Positions 27,050 through 35,482 of a stretch of 64,000 bases of DNA are shown piece after piece (position 1 is the stretch's first letter; every line of letters begins with the position of its first letter). Below the pieces are notes generated by a model that saw nothing but the letters and a program-made list of their open reading frames with translations, made no database searches and was not told the DNA's origin. The stretch covers positions 1-64,000 of the IMG/VR virus record IMGVR_UViG_3300048691_000182; one strand, 5' to 3'. Source of the DNA: a virus. The translations under genes were made by a program, and so were the position numbers.

Positions 27050-27239
27050 TCTTTTAAAGACTAAGCCTGAATTTAGCTTGGTTAAAGGAATACACAATAT
27101 CCCTGGCTTTAACAACGACTTTGATTATACAGAACCAGATCTTTACGGACCTTATAAAGTTTGTAATATGGAACTGGCTGAAATGTATGATAAATTTGAT
27201 TGGGAAATGAGTAAACGCGTAGTAGGAGCTGTAGCATAA
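26952..27239 (+). CDS. Small membrane protein
   Basis: AAGGA RBS; TM VAIGVALVAVAGITVISLL; TAATG coupling to the next gene. Confidence 0.55.
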   Translation: MQKKKEITPGISPCMKVAIGVALVAVAGITVISLLKTKPEFSLVKGIHNIPGFNNDFDYTEPDLYGPYKVCNMELAEMYDKFDWEMSKRVVGAVA

Positions 27240-27580
27240 TGAAAACTAAAGAAGTTACTTTTGTAGACGAACAAACACCAGGCACCTTAATCGTTGCAGT
27301 AGCACAAATTTTAGCAAATAACGGTTTGGTGAATGAAGCTAATGAAGTATTTCTGCAAAGTCCTGTAATTGCACAAGCGTGTATTGCTGACAATAAAACA
27401 CAAAGAAATGCTCTTAATAGATTTTTCTATTCTCAACTAGCTTCGCTAGATGTTCCTACGCAAACACCAAGGTACTATCTTGTTCCAGATTGTGAGATTG
27501 ACCAATGGTTTATATTTTTTAGCACTAAAGTACTTCCTTATTTGGTAGAATACCGTTTACCTAAGAAAGATTGGAAATGA
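27239..27580 (+). CDS. Conserved hypothetical protein upstream of the vRNAP subunit
   Basis: 113 aa; translationally coupled on both sides; AGGAG RBS. Confidence 0.65.
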   Translation: MKTKEVTFVDEQTPGTLIVAVAQILANNGLVNEANEVFLQSPVIAQACIADNKTQRNALNRFFYSQLASLDVPTQTPRYYLVPDCEIDQWFIFFSTKVLPYLVEYRLPKKDWK

Positions 27581-28251
27581 GCAATAGAAAACAAACTGAG
27601 GATTATATTCTTGAGTATGTTACAAAAATAGCCCCTGGTGGTGAAAACACCATCATCTACCAAGGGTTGTTTAAATCAATGTCAGAAGAAGACTTTAAGA
27701 TTTTTATGGAAAAAATCGAAACAGGTGAAAACACGCTTGCTTTGATTAGTCCTAATTTTGGCAAAACAGGCATTACTGTTGCTAACAACTTAGAAGTAGC
27801 CAAAGAACTAAAGCATCCGTTCTTTGAAAGAATTTTAATTGAAAGCGACGACGATGATACGCCTACTTACTTGACGCCTATTCCTTACCTAGTTATTGAT
27901 GTTCCGCTTCGCAGACAAGCTCAACTACTCGTCAAGAAAATTTCAATACCTGAAGATAATAAAGTGGTGGATAACCTAACAGGACAACCTACTGGTAGAT
28001 CTAAGGGTAGTAGAATATCTTTACCTGAGTTACAGGTAATGGCTTCAATGGGTCTTGATAAAACATTGGAAGAATTTATTAAATACCGTGGTGGGGATAC
28101 CAAAGGCTTTAATGCAATGAACACCAGCATTCAAAATAATGGTGCCGTTGTGATGGATTCAATTAAACATCTTGCCGGTGGCGTAGAAAGTACAAAAACT
28201 CTACGCACTTATCTCTTAGGTATGATGCTAGAAAACACCCTACCTCAATGA
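27577..28251 (+). CDS. Virion RNA polymerase beta subunit, C-terminal part (phiKZ gp149-like)
   Basis: Start ATG 27577. DNLTGQPTGRSKGSRISLPE resembles the RpoB TQQP.GGK..GGQRFGEME region; IKYRGGD. Confidence 0.8.
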   Translation: MSNRKQTEDYILEYVTKIAPGGENTIIYQGLFKSMSEEDFKIFMEKIETGENTLALISPNFGKTGITVANNLEVAKELKHPFFERILIESDDDDTPTYLTPIPYLVIDVPLRRQAQLLVKKISIPEDNKVVDNLTGQPTGRSKGSRISLPELQVMASMGLDKTLEEFIKYRGGDTKGFNAMNTSIQNNGAVVMDSIKHLAGGVESTKTLRTYLLGMMLENTLPQ

Positions 28252-28997
28252 TAAATTCATCGGATACTAAACAAGGTGTTTATATTGATCTTGATGCTTT
28301 ACTTGATACTAGACTAGGCACCATTATTGATAATTTTGGGCAGGATAAAGCTATTAGTATTTTATCTAACGGATACTTTACTAGGAAATCAAATACATTT
28401 GAAGGCATAACTTTAACTGAATTTGAAAACCTATACGCACTGCGGACAAAGAAAGTTTTATTAAATTCCATGGTTACTAAAGTAATGAGATTACTTGTTG
28501 ATCTTGTTGCAACCATGAACAAACAAGCCATTACCTCCCCTCTGCATAGCGGCCCTAAAGTTTATATTAATATTTATCCATATAAACTAAATGAGTTAGA
28601 AGTAAACACAATACTTAAATGTGTTGTTTTAAGTTGTAACAAAGCTTGCGATGTGGTGATGATTAATACAGCGCCCGAAAACTTAACTCCCCAGTATTGT
28701 AAAAATACTTTTGCTGTTATGTTTAAGTACGACTATGGTGAGTGGTTTGAGAAACAAGCAGCTAATTTTGATAAAGCTAGATGCCCTGGTTTGACCTGTT
28801 TTGTTCCTGCCATGTATTTTGTCAGAGAACCTACCAAAGAAGAGTTAGAGAAGTTTGTCAAAGAAGACATGCATCCTTTATCAGCTATTGAAATGGCATC
28901 TTCTGTTTTTATTGACTTGAAGCTTTATGAAACAGAATATTTCTGTGCCAATATAGCTAATGACATCATGACTTTAAAGTCTTATAAAAATGCATAA
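28248..28997 (+). CDS. Conserved hypothetical protein (phiKZ gp147-like)
   Basis: VYIDLDALLDTRLG and INIYPYKL motifs. Confidence 0.6.
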   Translation: MINSSDTKQGVYIDLDALLDTRLGTIIDNFGQDKAISILSNGYFTRKSNTFEGITLTEFENLYALRTKKVLLNSMVTKVMRLLVDLVATMNKQAITSPLHSGPKVYINIYPYKLNELEVNTILKCVVLSCNKACDVVMINTAPENLTPQYCKNTFAVMFKYDYGEWFEKQAANFDKARCPGLTCFVPAMYFVREPTKEELEKFVKEDMHPLSAIEMASSVFIDLKLYETEYFCANIANDIMTLKSYKNA

Positions 28998-29042
28998 TTA
29001 CTACAGTCAAGGAAGCTTAGTTGCTTCCTTGACTGTAGTAAT
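28997..29042. terminator. Bidirectional hairpin, 20-bp perfect stem
   Basis: attactacagtcaaggaagc / gcttccttgactgtagtaat. Confidence 0.8.
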
Positions 29043-29053
29043 ATGTTTGTTAC

Positions 29054-29467
29054 TCAACCCATTTTATCGACAAATTCATTATAGCTACCAGACTGGGTAC
29101 CTATGAGTGTTTCACCTTCAACATAACCAAATTCAGGTAATTTTTCAGTCTCTAAAATTGGTGCATTGCTTGTCGGGATTGTATTCTTCACACTTTTAAG
29201 TGATACCTTAGACATAAGGTTAGCAATAGCGAGAGCTGCCGCTGCATTGCCAGAAGCATTCTTATCTTCGCTCTTTATTCTCATCTTTACCAAAGCTGGT
29301 CTGTCCATGTCAGCCAAAGCCTGTAATAGAATAGCTTTTTCGCCTTTGTCAGCAGGCACACCCTGACACATAATTGATTCTACGATCTTTTTTCTTTTGT
29401 CCTGTGTATATTGTAAAACTTCTTCTTCGGGAGTTAAATTTGTTATAGTTTCAGTATTGGTATTCAT
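29054..29467 (-). CDS. Hypothetical protein
   Basis: 137-aa ORF between a hairpin and a divergent promoter region. Confidence 0.6.
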   Translation of the reverse strand: MNTNTETITNLTPEEEVLQYTQDKRKKIVESIMCQGVPADKGEKAILLQALADMDRPALVKMRIKSEDKNASGNAAAALAIANLMSKVSLKSVKNTIPTSNAPILETEKLPEFGYVEGETLIGTQSGSYNEFVDKMG

Positions 29468-29510
29468 GATTAGCCCAGTAAAATTAGTTTATCACTGAAT
29501 AGTGTATTTT

Positions 29511-29531
29511 TTTACAATCACTTATTATTAA
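29511..29531 (+). promoter_or_regulatory. Putative early/middle promoter (TTT-N-ACTTATTATTAA)
   Basis: 12-mer ACTTATTATTAA shared with 51952-51963; both precede clusters of small non-structural genes. Confidence 0.5.
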
Positions 29532-29573
29532 GTAGAGTCTAAGCATTTAACTATCAACTTTTAAAGGAGAGAT

Positions 29574-30095
29574 GTGTGGGCTAAACATATAACCAAATAT
29601 AATCTTTTTGTGGAAAAGATTATAAATAATCTTAATAAACCACAAGTAGTGGAAAAGAAACTATCCTTGATTGAAAGTTTGTTAGAGTCTATTGATCCTG
29701 ACAAATTTAAAGATATCAATAGACACGAATATTCTACTTTATTTGTAAGATCACCTTTTAAGAATTTTGTTGACTTCAACAGAAAACTAAGAGAGGGTGT
29801 TATGTTTTTACAACTAAACCATAGTTTTTATAAATTATGGGGAAAAGAAGAAGTGGTCAATTTAACTGTGACTAGCTTGTTTGTAGATGCTGGGGTTTAC
29901 TTGGATGAGTTTGAGCAACTAAATTTGTTTAAACTAAAAGCTTTAGAGTTCACAAGACTTTATGAGAAAAACCAAATTACTGTGTCTACAAAAGTATCTG
30001 AACATAATAATTATGTCCTGGGTAGCTTCGTGGGTAAGTTGAGAGATTTTGTTTCTGATCTTGTTACTATTCAAGAAAAGTTAATTTTGGTCTAA
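29574..30095 (+). CDS. Hypothetical protein
   Basis: GTG start after AAGGAG; 173 aa. Confidence 0.6.
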   Translation: MWAKHITKYNLFVEKIINNLNKPQVVEKKLSLIESLLESIDPDKFKDINRHEYSTLFVRSPFKNFVDFNRKLREGVMFLQLNHSFYKLWGKEEVVNLTVTSLFVDAGVYLDEFEQLNLFKLKALEFTRLYEKNQITVSTKVSEHNNYVLGSFVGKLRDFVSDLVTIQEKLILV

Positions 30096-30115
30096 CCAAG
30101 TTAAGAAAGACTCGC

Positions 30116-30529
30116 ATGAGTAAAGAAGATGATATTGTAATTCCTGAAAATCCTTATAAAAACAAGAAAGCTAAACGTTTACTTGCTGCTATAAATTCAG
30201 GTCCTCCACATGCTATTTTAGCTGGGTTCTACCGTGATATTTTGGATGATATCAAATGTGGCCCTCAAATGTGGATGATGTTCATGAATGAATTTGTTCA
30301 CGATATTAAAAATGGGATATCTCAGAACACACGAGATATTTCTTCTGCCAGGGGTAATATCCATAAAGAATTACAGAAACCTGGTATGACGTGGAAAGTG
30401 TTTTGTAAGGGTCTACAATTTATCAAAGTAGTTCGTTTTGAAATTATTCTGAGAGCTTACCACTCAAACGGTACTATTACAGAACATTCTAAAACAGCTG
30501 ACTTTTCTTCTGAAGGAGACGATGAATGA
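30116..30529 (+). CDS. Conserved hypothetical protein
   Basis: RGNIHKEL..P.MTWKVFCKGL motif; ATGA overlap with the next gene. Confidence 0.65.
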   Translation: MSKEDDIVIPENPYKNKKAKRLLAAINSGPPHAILAGFYRDILDDIKCGPQMWMMFMNEFVHDIKNGISQNTRDISSARGNIHKELQKPGMTWKVFCKGLQFIKVVRFEIILRAYHSNGTITEHSKTADFSSEGDDE

Positions 30530-31044
30530 GCCAAGAAAATTGTCTTACTCTTTGCCAGTTTGGTAAGGTAAAAGAAATATTTAAAGATTGTTTTGAAGTA
30601 GAGCTTAAAAAGTTAGAACTACATTCAAAAATCTTTATTACGTCTAGACTTAATGACGACTTTAGTATTTTAAAACTACACACTATTTTACGTGGTGACG
30701 TTATAAAGTCCGTATCAGAAAACATTTTCTCGCACAGTGATTTAACTGATTTTATTTTCTGCTTAACTGATAGGTTTCAGTGTTACACTGGCTTAATTGA
30801 GTTTAGTGGCGATAAGATTATTAATACTGTCATTAACTGTTTTAGTGAAAAAAATGAAGAGTTTAATAACAATTCTCTAATTCCTAAAAAGATACTTGCT
30901 AACCTAGCAATAGACAAAGATACTGCTTTAGACATATTGCGGTATAACAAACATTATCTAACGATAATTCTTCTGGTTCTTTTCTTGCATGAGACCAGCA
31001 TTTATGAACAAGTTGCAGCGGTTAATAAAACCAAAACTCAATAG
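30526..31044 (+). CDS. Hypothetical protein
   Basis: AAGGAG RBS; 172 aa. Confidence 0.6.
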   Translation: MSQENCLTLCQFGKVKEIFKDCFEVELKKLELHSKIFITSRLNDDFSILKLHTILRGDVIKSVSENIFSHSDLTDFIFCLTDRFQCYTGLIEFSGDKIINTVINCFSEKNEEFNNNSLIPKKILANLAIDKDTALDILRYNKHYLTIILLVLFLHETSIYEQVAAVNKTKTQ

Positions 31045-31069
31045 CTGAATATAATTTTTAAGGTAGAAA

Positions 31070-32095
31070 ATGTTTCAAACTAAGCAAAATAAAAATCGTC
31101 GTAGCTTTGGTGACCAGGTGCGTTTGCTCGCCCCGCAAATTAAAAGTCGCGCGCCTCAGTTGCCTCGTATTACCGAAATTGGCAACGATGGATGGAATCA
31201 TATTAACATTTGGGAAGACGGCGATACGCAGCTAGGTCGCGCACTGAGCCACATGGCTCATCTTCCTTTCACTCACTCTACCTTGGGTGCATTCAGCTCT
31301 ATTGAGGGTTTGTGGTTTTATGTACAGGCACAAGTTCCTGATGAGGCTCTACGCACTAAATCTGGCTTACTTGCACACTCGGCTGGGCGGCGTGTTAAAA
31401 CTAAACAAATTGAAGATTTTCGTGTAATCATTGCCCAGGCTAACTGGGAAAAGATTAATGCTTATCCTGATCTCGCCGCAGATATGTTGGCTACTAATTT
31501 GCGATTTGAAAAATACTACATTGTTAATAGCGTGGGTCCTGATAACGGCAAGCGTCAACGGACAGTTAATTCGCCATGGATGATTGCAATGTTCGAAGAG
31601 ATTCGCTATGCACTATTCCACAAAATTGATCCAGATTTTAGTTTCTTAACTGATGCTGAACAAGATCGAATTCAGAATGCTTACCGTAGTCAAGGTAGTA
31701 ATTCTGACATTCTCAATGTTTACAAGAGCAACCAACCAGCTCCTGTATTTCCCGAGATTGTTAAAGCTGAAGCACCGAAACCTCTGCCAAAGAAAAAGAA
31801 ATGGAAAGATGCACCTAAGGGTACTTACGGTGCTAAGTCAGAAGTTAAAGAAACTGAAGTTATTAGTGAGGTAGCTCAAAATACTACTTCACTAACCGAC
31901 ATTAGTGTAGCCGACCAAAGTGTAGAAAGTACTTTGGATGACACAGCAGTACTTTCTACACTTTCTCATGGTGATTCAGAATTTTCTTGCGATAAAAGAA
32001 CTAACCTTTTGTCTTTTGGTGAAATGGAATGGAAGCCTGAAGCTACCATGGTAGCACCAATATCTATTCAACCTGAACAGGAAACTTCTGTTTAA
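31070..32095 (+). CDS. NADAR-like (T4 30.3/YbiA-like) domain protein with disordered tail
   Basis: HINIW..G.TQLGRALSHMAHLPF....GAFSSIEGLW matches the NADAR LSNF..xF...xSxE pattern. Confidence 0.55.
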   Translation: MFQTKQNKNRRSFGDQVRLLAPQIKSRAPQLPRITEIGNDGWNHINIWEDGDTQLGRALSHMAHLPFTHSTLGAFSSIEGLWFYVQAQVPDEALRTKSGLLAHSAGRRVKTKQIEDFRVIIAQANWEKINAYPDLAADMLATNLRFEKYYIVNSVGPDNGKRQRTVNSPWMIAMFEEIRYALFHKIDPDFSFLTDAEQDRIQNAYRSQGSNSDILNVYKSNQPAPVFPEIVKAEAPKPLPKKKKWKDAPKGTYGAKSEVKETEVISEVAQNTTSLTDISVADQSVESTLDDTAVLSTLSHGDSEFSCDKRTNLLSFGEMEWKPEATMVAPISIQPEQETSV

Positions 32096-32104
32096 GCTTT
32101 AATA

Positions 32105-32165
32105 TTACCTACTACACCGTGGCTTAACTGCACATGGTGTAGTAGGTAAATTATATTTTTTTTTT
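32105..32165 (+). terminator. Hairpin (14-bp perfect stem) followed by a T10 tract
   Basis: ttacctactacacc / ggtgtagtaggtaa, then T run at 32156-32165. Confidence 0.75.
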
Positions 32166-32183
32166 GTTTCAAGAGGTGATAAG

Positions 32184-33284
32184 ATGGGTATTAATACTCT
32201 GGCTAGTACCACATTTTCTTCTGGTCCTGACGACGAACAAGTAGTAGCGGATATTTATGACATTACAGAACCAGGTGTTATTAATAGCATTGATGCTGAT
32301 GATGCCTACAATAATGAAATTGCTAATAGGGATGTAAGTAGTTTTAGTGGTGGTGATCTAGATGCTATTCAAAATAAAAAATTAGCGGCTAAAGATGCGT
32401 TAGATGCACAACTAACAACGCGTTTGTCTAATGATGCGTCTAGCGCTTTAACACAATTAAAAAGCTTGTCTGATGTTGTTAAGAAAAATATTACCATAAA
32501 TCCAATACTAGGTAGAGTAATAACTGCTACGTTAGGAACTAAAAAAGCCAACATTTTAACACAGCATTTAAATGATGCTAAAGCAGTTACTAGACTGATA
32601 GATAACTTTGCTAAAGGCAACGGTGGTTATGGTGTTGGATTTACAGACAAGGGCGCTATAAGTGGGCTTATAGCCGGGTTAGCTACAGAGGGAAGTAGAC
32701 TTGGTCTCCCTAGTACTTTTACCAAACTTGCGGGTGCTGTTACTAGTAAAGGTCCTTTAATGGCAGCTGCCTCTATGCTGCTACCTAAAGCAGCTAAGTC
32801 TGGTGATTTAAACCTTTTAAGAGATGTGGCTGATTCGGTTATAAAAGACGATATTTATAAAATAATGCCCAGCGTAATAAGTGAAAATATAAAAAATTTT
32901 AGTTTACCGAAACCACTTAGCCTTAAGGACGCTGTATCTAAGTACGATCTTTTAAATAGTACTTTTAGTGATATTAAAACTGATTGGAATAAAGTAAGTA
33001 GAAACGGGGTTAGTACTTTATCTGGGTTAAAGCTAGGGAGTAACCCAATGATTCGCAGTTTATTAAGTTCTAAGGTTATGTCACAAACTGAAGAGGTTGT
33101 AGAGGCAGATTATGGGTTTGGTATTAATAGTAATGCTCATTCTCAAGATGAGAAATTTACCTTACCTGCCGCTTATTCCTTAACAGATGTCACCGGTGAG
33201 TTAGAAAAATCTTTTCCCAGTATAAATGTTAAAGATGATTTATTTGTAAAAGAAAAACCAGTATTTGATCCTCAGTATATTTAA
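32184..33284 (+). CDS. Hypothetical, probable virion (tail/baseplate) protein
   Basis: GAGGTG RBS; 366 aa; convergent with the gp182-like gene. Confidence 0.5.
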   Translation: MGINTLASTTFSSGPDDEQVVADIYDITEPGVINSIDADDAYNNEIANRDVSSFSGGDLDAIQNKKLAAKDALDAQLTTRLSNDASSALTQLKSLSDVVKKNITINPILGRVITATLGTKKANILTQHLNDAKAVTRLIDNFAKGNGGYGVGFTDKGAISGLIAGLATEGSRLGLPSTFTKLAGAVTSKGPLMAAASMLLPKAAKSGDLNLLRDVADSVIKDDIYKIMPSVISENIKNFSLPKPLSLKDAVSKYDLLNSTFSDIKTDWNKVSRNGVSTLSGLKLGSNPMIRSLLSSKVMSQTEEVVEADYGFGINSNAHSQDEKFTLPAAYSLTDVTGELEKSFPSINVKDDLFVKEKPVFDPQYI

Positions 33285-33328
33285 ACAGCATAATAGCCAG
33301 GAATTTATCCTGGCTATTATGCTGTTTA
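33282..33328. terminator. Bidirectional hairpin, 21-bp perfect stem
   Basis: taaacagcataatagccagga / tcctggctattatgctgttta. Confidence 0.8.
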
Positions 33329-35404
33329 TTACCTTCTAGTACCTGCAAATAAACCTTCTAACATCCCAACGGGAGTATCTTCTTTTACCCATAATGCCCA
33401 TGCAGCTGGAGAAGTAAAAGCTTGTCCTGACCGTAGCTTTCTAGCAGCGTTTAAACGCAACTTAGGAATTGTGTGAAATTGCTGGTCTAACGATAGCGAA
33501 CTAAGAGTATTCATGTAGTCCGAGAATACTGTTTCTTCATCAAATACACCGTCCTCGTGTCCAAAGAATCCTCTAGATATTTGCATATGCATTACTGAAG
33601 ACATATCTACGACAGTAAAACTCACATCAATACCCATAGCCTGGTTACTACTATTAAAACCTAGATTGGTGGTTCCTCTAGTAATACTCAACGAGTCTAT
33701 CATACCTAATCTAGTCTGGTGTCTACCGTGGTCGTATAGCTCACAAATAAAAGGACTAGTGTAAGACTGCTTACCAGTAGATAATGGAAGAGCAGCAGCC
33801 AACAACATACTGAGCGGTATGTATAAATTCTGCATCTGAGAAATAACATTACCGTAAGGTGATCTTAGCTTAATAGTGTACGATGATCTTGGTAAACTAG
33901 CAGACGAGCTCTCCCAATGCTTAGGAATATCTACAAAACCGCCGCCAGCTAATTGAAGTAAACCAGACAAACCAAAAGTATCAGCTGTGCCAGCAATAAT
34001 ACCTTTTGCCGTATTAACACCCATGTCAATAACAGATCCTATTCCGCCGATATTACCGCCACCCGCAAAAGAAAAGTTAACAGATCTACCAGAGCTAGCC
34101 ATTCCGTTCATTTTACCTTGAATATCCGAATCTCTAACTGAATTACTAAAACTTTCCTGCACTGAGCCTGTGTACTCAACTTCAAAAGTTGCAAAAGCAG
34201 CACCATCATCCAATTCAGCTTTCAAGTCAGCCCAAAAATTCTTCAACCAACTTCTATTTCTGGTTGGATCATTTTGCTGCACACCTGGGGTTTCAGGTGG
34301 CGCTACGTAATCTGGATCAATTTTAATGTCTTGTTCTGAGCTAAGATCAGCTTTCTTTGAATCAGGGTCTGGCATGGTTGCTTCAGACTTTAACCAGCTC
34401 TGAAGTCTATCGTACCAGCCACGATTCATAGAACTATCGCTTAACATTTCTTGTCCAGCTTTCTGTACCACGCCAGCAAAATCTGTACTAGAAGAATTAT
34501 TAAACTGTTCCCACAATTCATTATCGGCTGCAATCTTAAACCTCTGAGCCCTATTAGCAACTGCATAAACATCAATACCGCCATCTTTAGAAAAGACTTC
34601 CGGCATTAAATCATGAAGTTGTTCTAAGAACTCTCTGTCTGCTAAGTATGCTGTGTCAATTTTTTGATCAGTGGGGTCGTCTGATTTTAAAAGAGAAGGT
34701 ATTAGACCACGCCCAACAGCAATTTTATTTACAATAGAATTTACAGCAGACCAATAACTCAGCATTGTTGGCTTAAGATAATAGTATTTACTAGTCTGTT
34801 TCCCAAAGAAAAAACTAGCTACGTGCCCAAGTGCATTTACAGCAGCAAGTTGCCAAACAGCAACACTTGCCACTAAAGAAATAACTCTACCAACAGCATA
34901 GCCTAATTTTTCTGATAAAGTAGTTCTACCGCTTCTTGATAATGCTGCTGCCTTACTGTTGTAATAACCTGTAAAGAATTGTGTAAGACTGTTGTATTGC
35001 GGGACACCAAACCGCATATGAATTTGTTGCTTATTTTTATCAATAGCTTCATGGTAATATCTACCCATACCGTTCTTACCAGTAATGGAGCCTGGCGTAA
35101 CAAGCTCTCTACCCGGTAATCTACCCATAGATCTTAAGTCCGCATATCTGGTAAACTGTGGTCTAGAATTAACAGCGTATGTACCGCCAAGTGAGGTATC
35201 TTGAAAACTCAGGCTCACAGTGGAAAAAGTTCTATTGAGCACGTCTACACTTTCTAAATCTCCTGCTGAAACAAAAAAAGCTTGTTTAGCCCATGCTGCA
35301 TCTAATACGGTGGATTGTTGGTCAGTAGCAAAAATGTTTTGTTGTTCTATTGTTGGTTCAGCAACGTTACTATCGCCCGTAGCAGATTCTTTATAAGTGC
35401 TCAT
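33329..35404 (-). CDS. Tail/baseplate structural protein (phiKZ gp182-like)
   Basis: GMGRYYHE, MRFGVP.YNSL, DIPKHW, LRSPYGN, GMIDSLSITRG motifs; directly downstream of the tape measure. Confidence 0.7.
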   Translation of the reverse strand: MSTYKESATGDSNVAEPTIEQQNIFATDQQSTVLDAAWAKQAFFVSAGDLESVDVLNRTFSTVSLSFQDTSLGGTYAVNSRPQFTRYADLRSMGRLPGRELVTPGSITGKNGMGRYYHEAIDKNKQQIHMRFGVPQYNSLTQFFTGYYNSKAAALSRSGRTTLSEKLGYAVGRVISLVASVAVWQLAAVNALGHVASFFFGKQTSKYYYLKPTMLSYWSAVNSIVNKIAVGRGLIPSLLKSDDPTDQKIDTAYLADREFLEQLHDLMPEVFSKDGGIDVYAVANRAQRFKIAADNELWEQFNNSSSTDFAGVVQKAGQEMLSDSSMNRGWYDRLQSWLKSEATMPDPDSKKADLSSEQDIKIDPDYVAPPETPGVQQNDPTRNRSWLKNFWADLKAELDDGAAFATFEVEYTGSVQESFSNSVRDSDIQGKMNGMASSGRSVNFSFAGGGNIGGIGSVIDMGVNTAKGIIAGTADTFGLSGLLQLAGGGFVDIPKHWESSSASLPRSSYTIKLRSPYGNVISQMQNLYIPLSMLLAAALPLSTGKQSYTSPFICELYDHGRHQTRLGMIDSLSITRGTTNLGFNSSNQAMGIDVSFTVVDMSSVMHMQISRGFFGHEDGVFDEETVFSDYMNTLSSLSLDQQFHTIPKLRLNAARKLRSGQAFTSPAAWALWVKEDTPVGMLEGLFAGTRR

Positions 35405-35436
35405 AATTTCTTTTCTATATTTTTTTTTTACAACAT

Positions 35437-35470
35437 ACTCAGAGTAAACCGTGAAAGGTTTACTCTGAGT
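35437..35470. terminator. Hairpin, 14-bp perfect stem
   Basis: actcagagtaaacc / ggtttactctgagt just 3' of the tape measure gene. Confidence 0.7.
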
Positions 35471-35482
35471 GCTTTATGTTAT

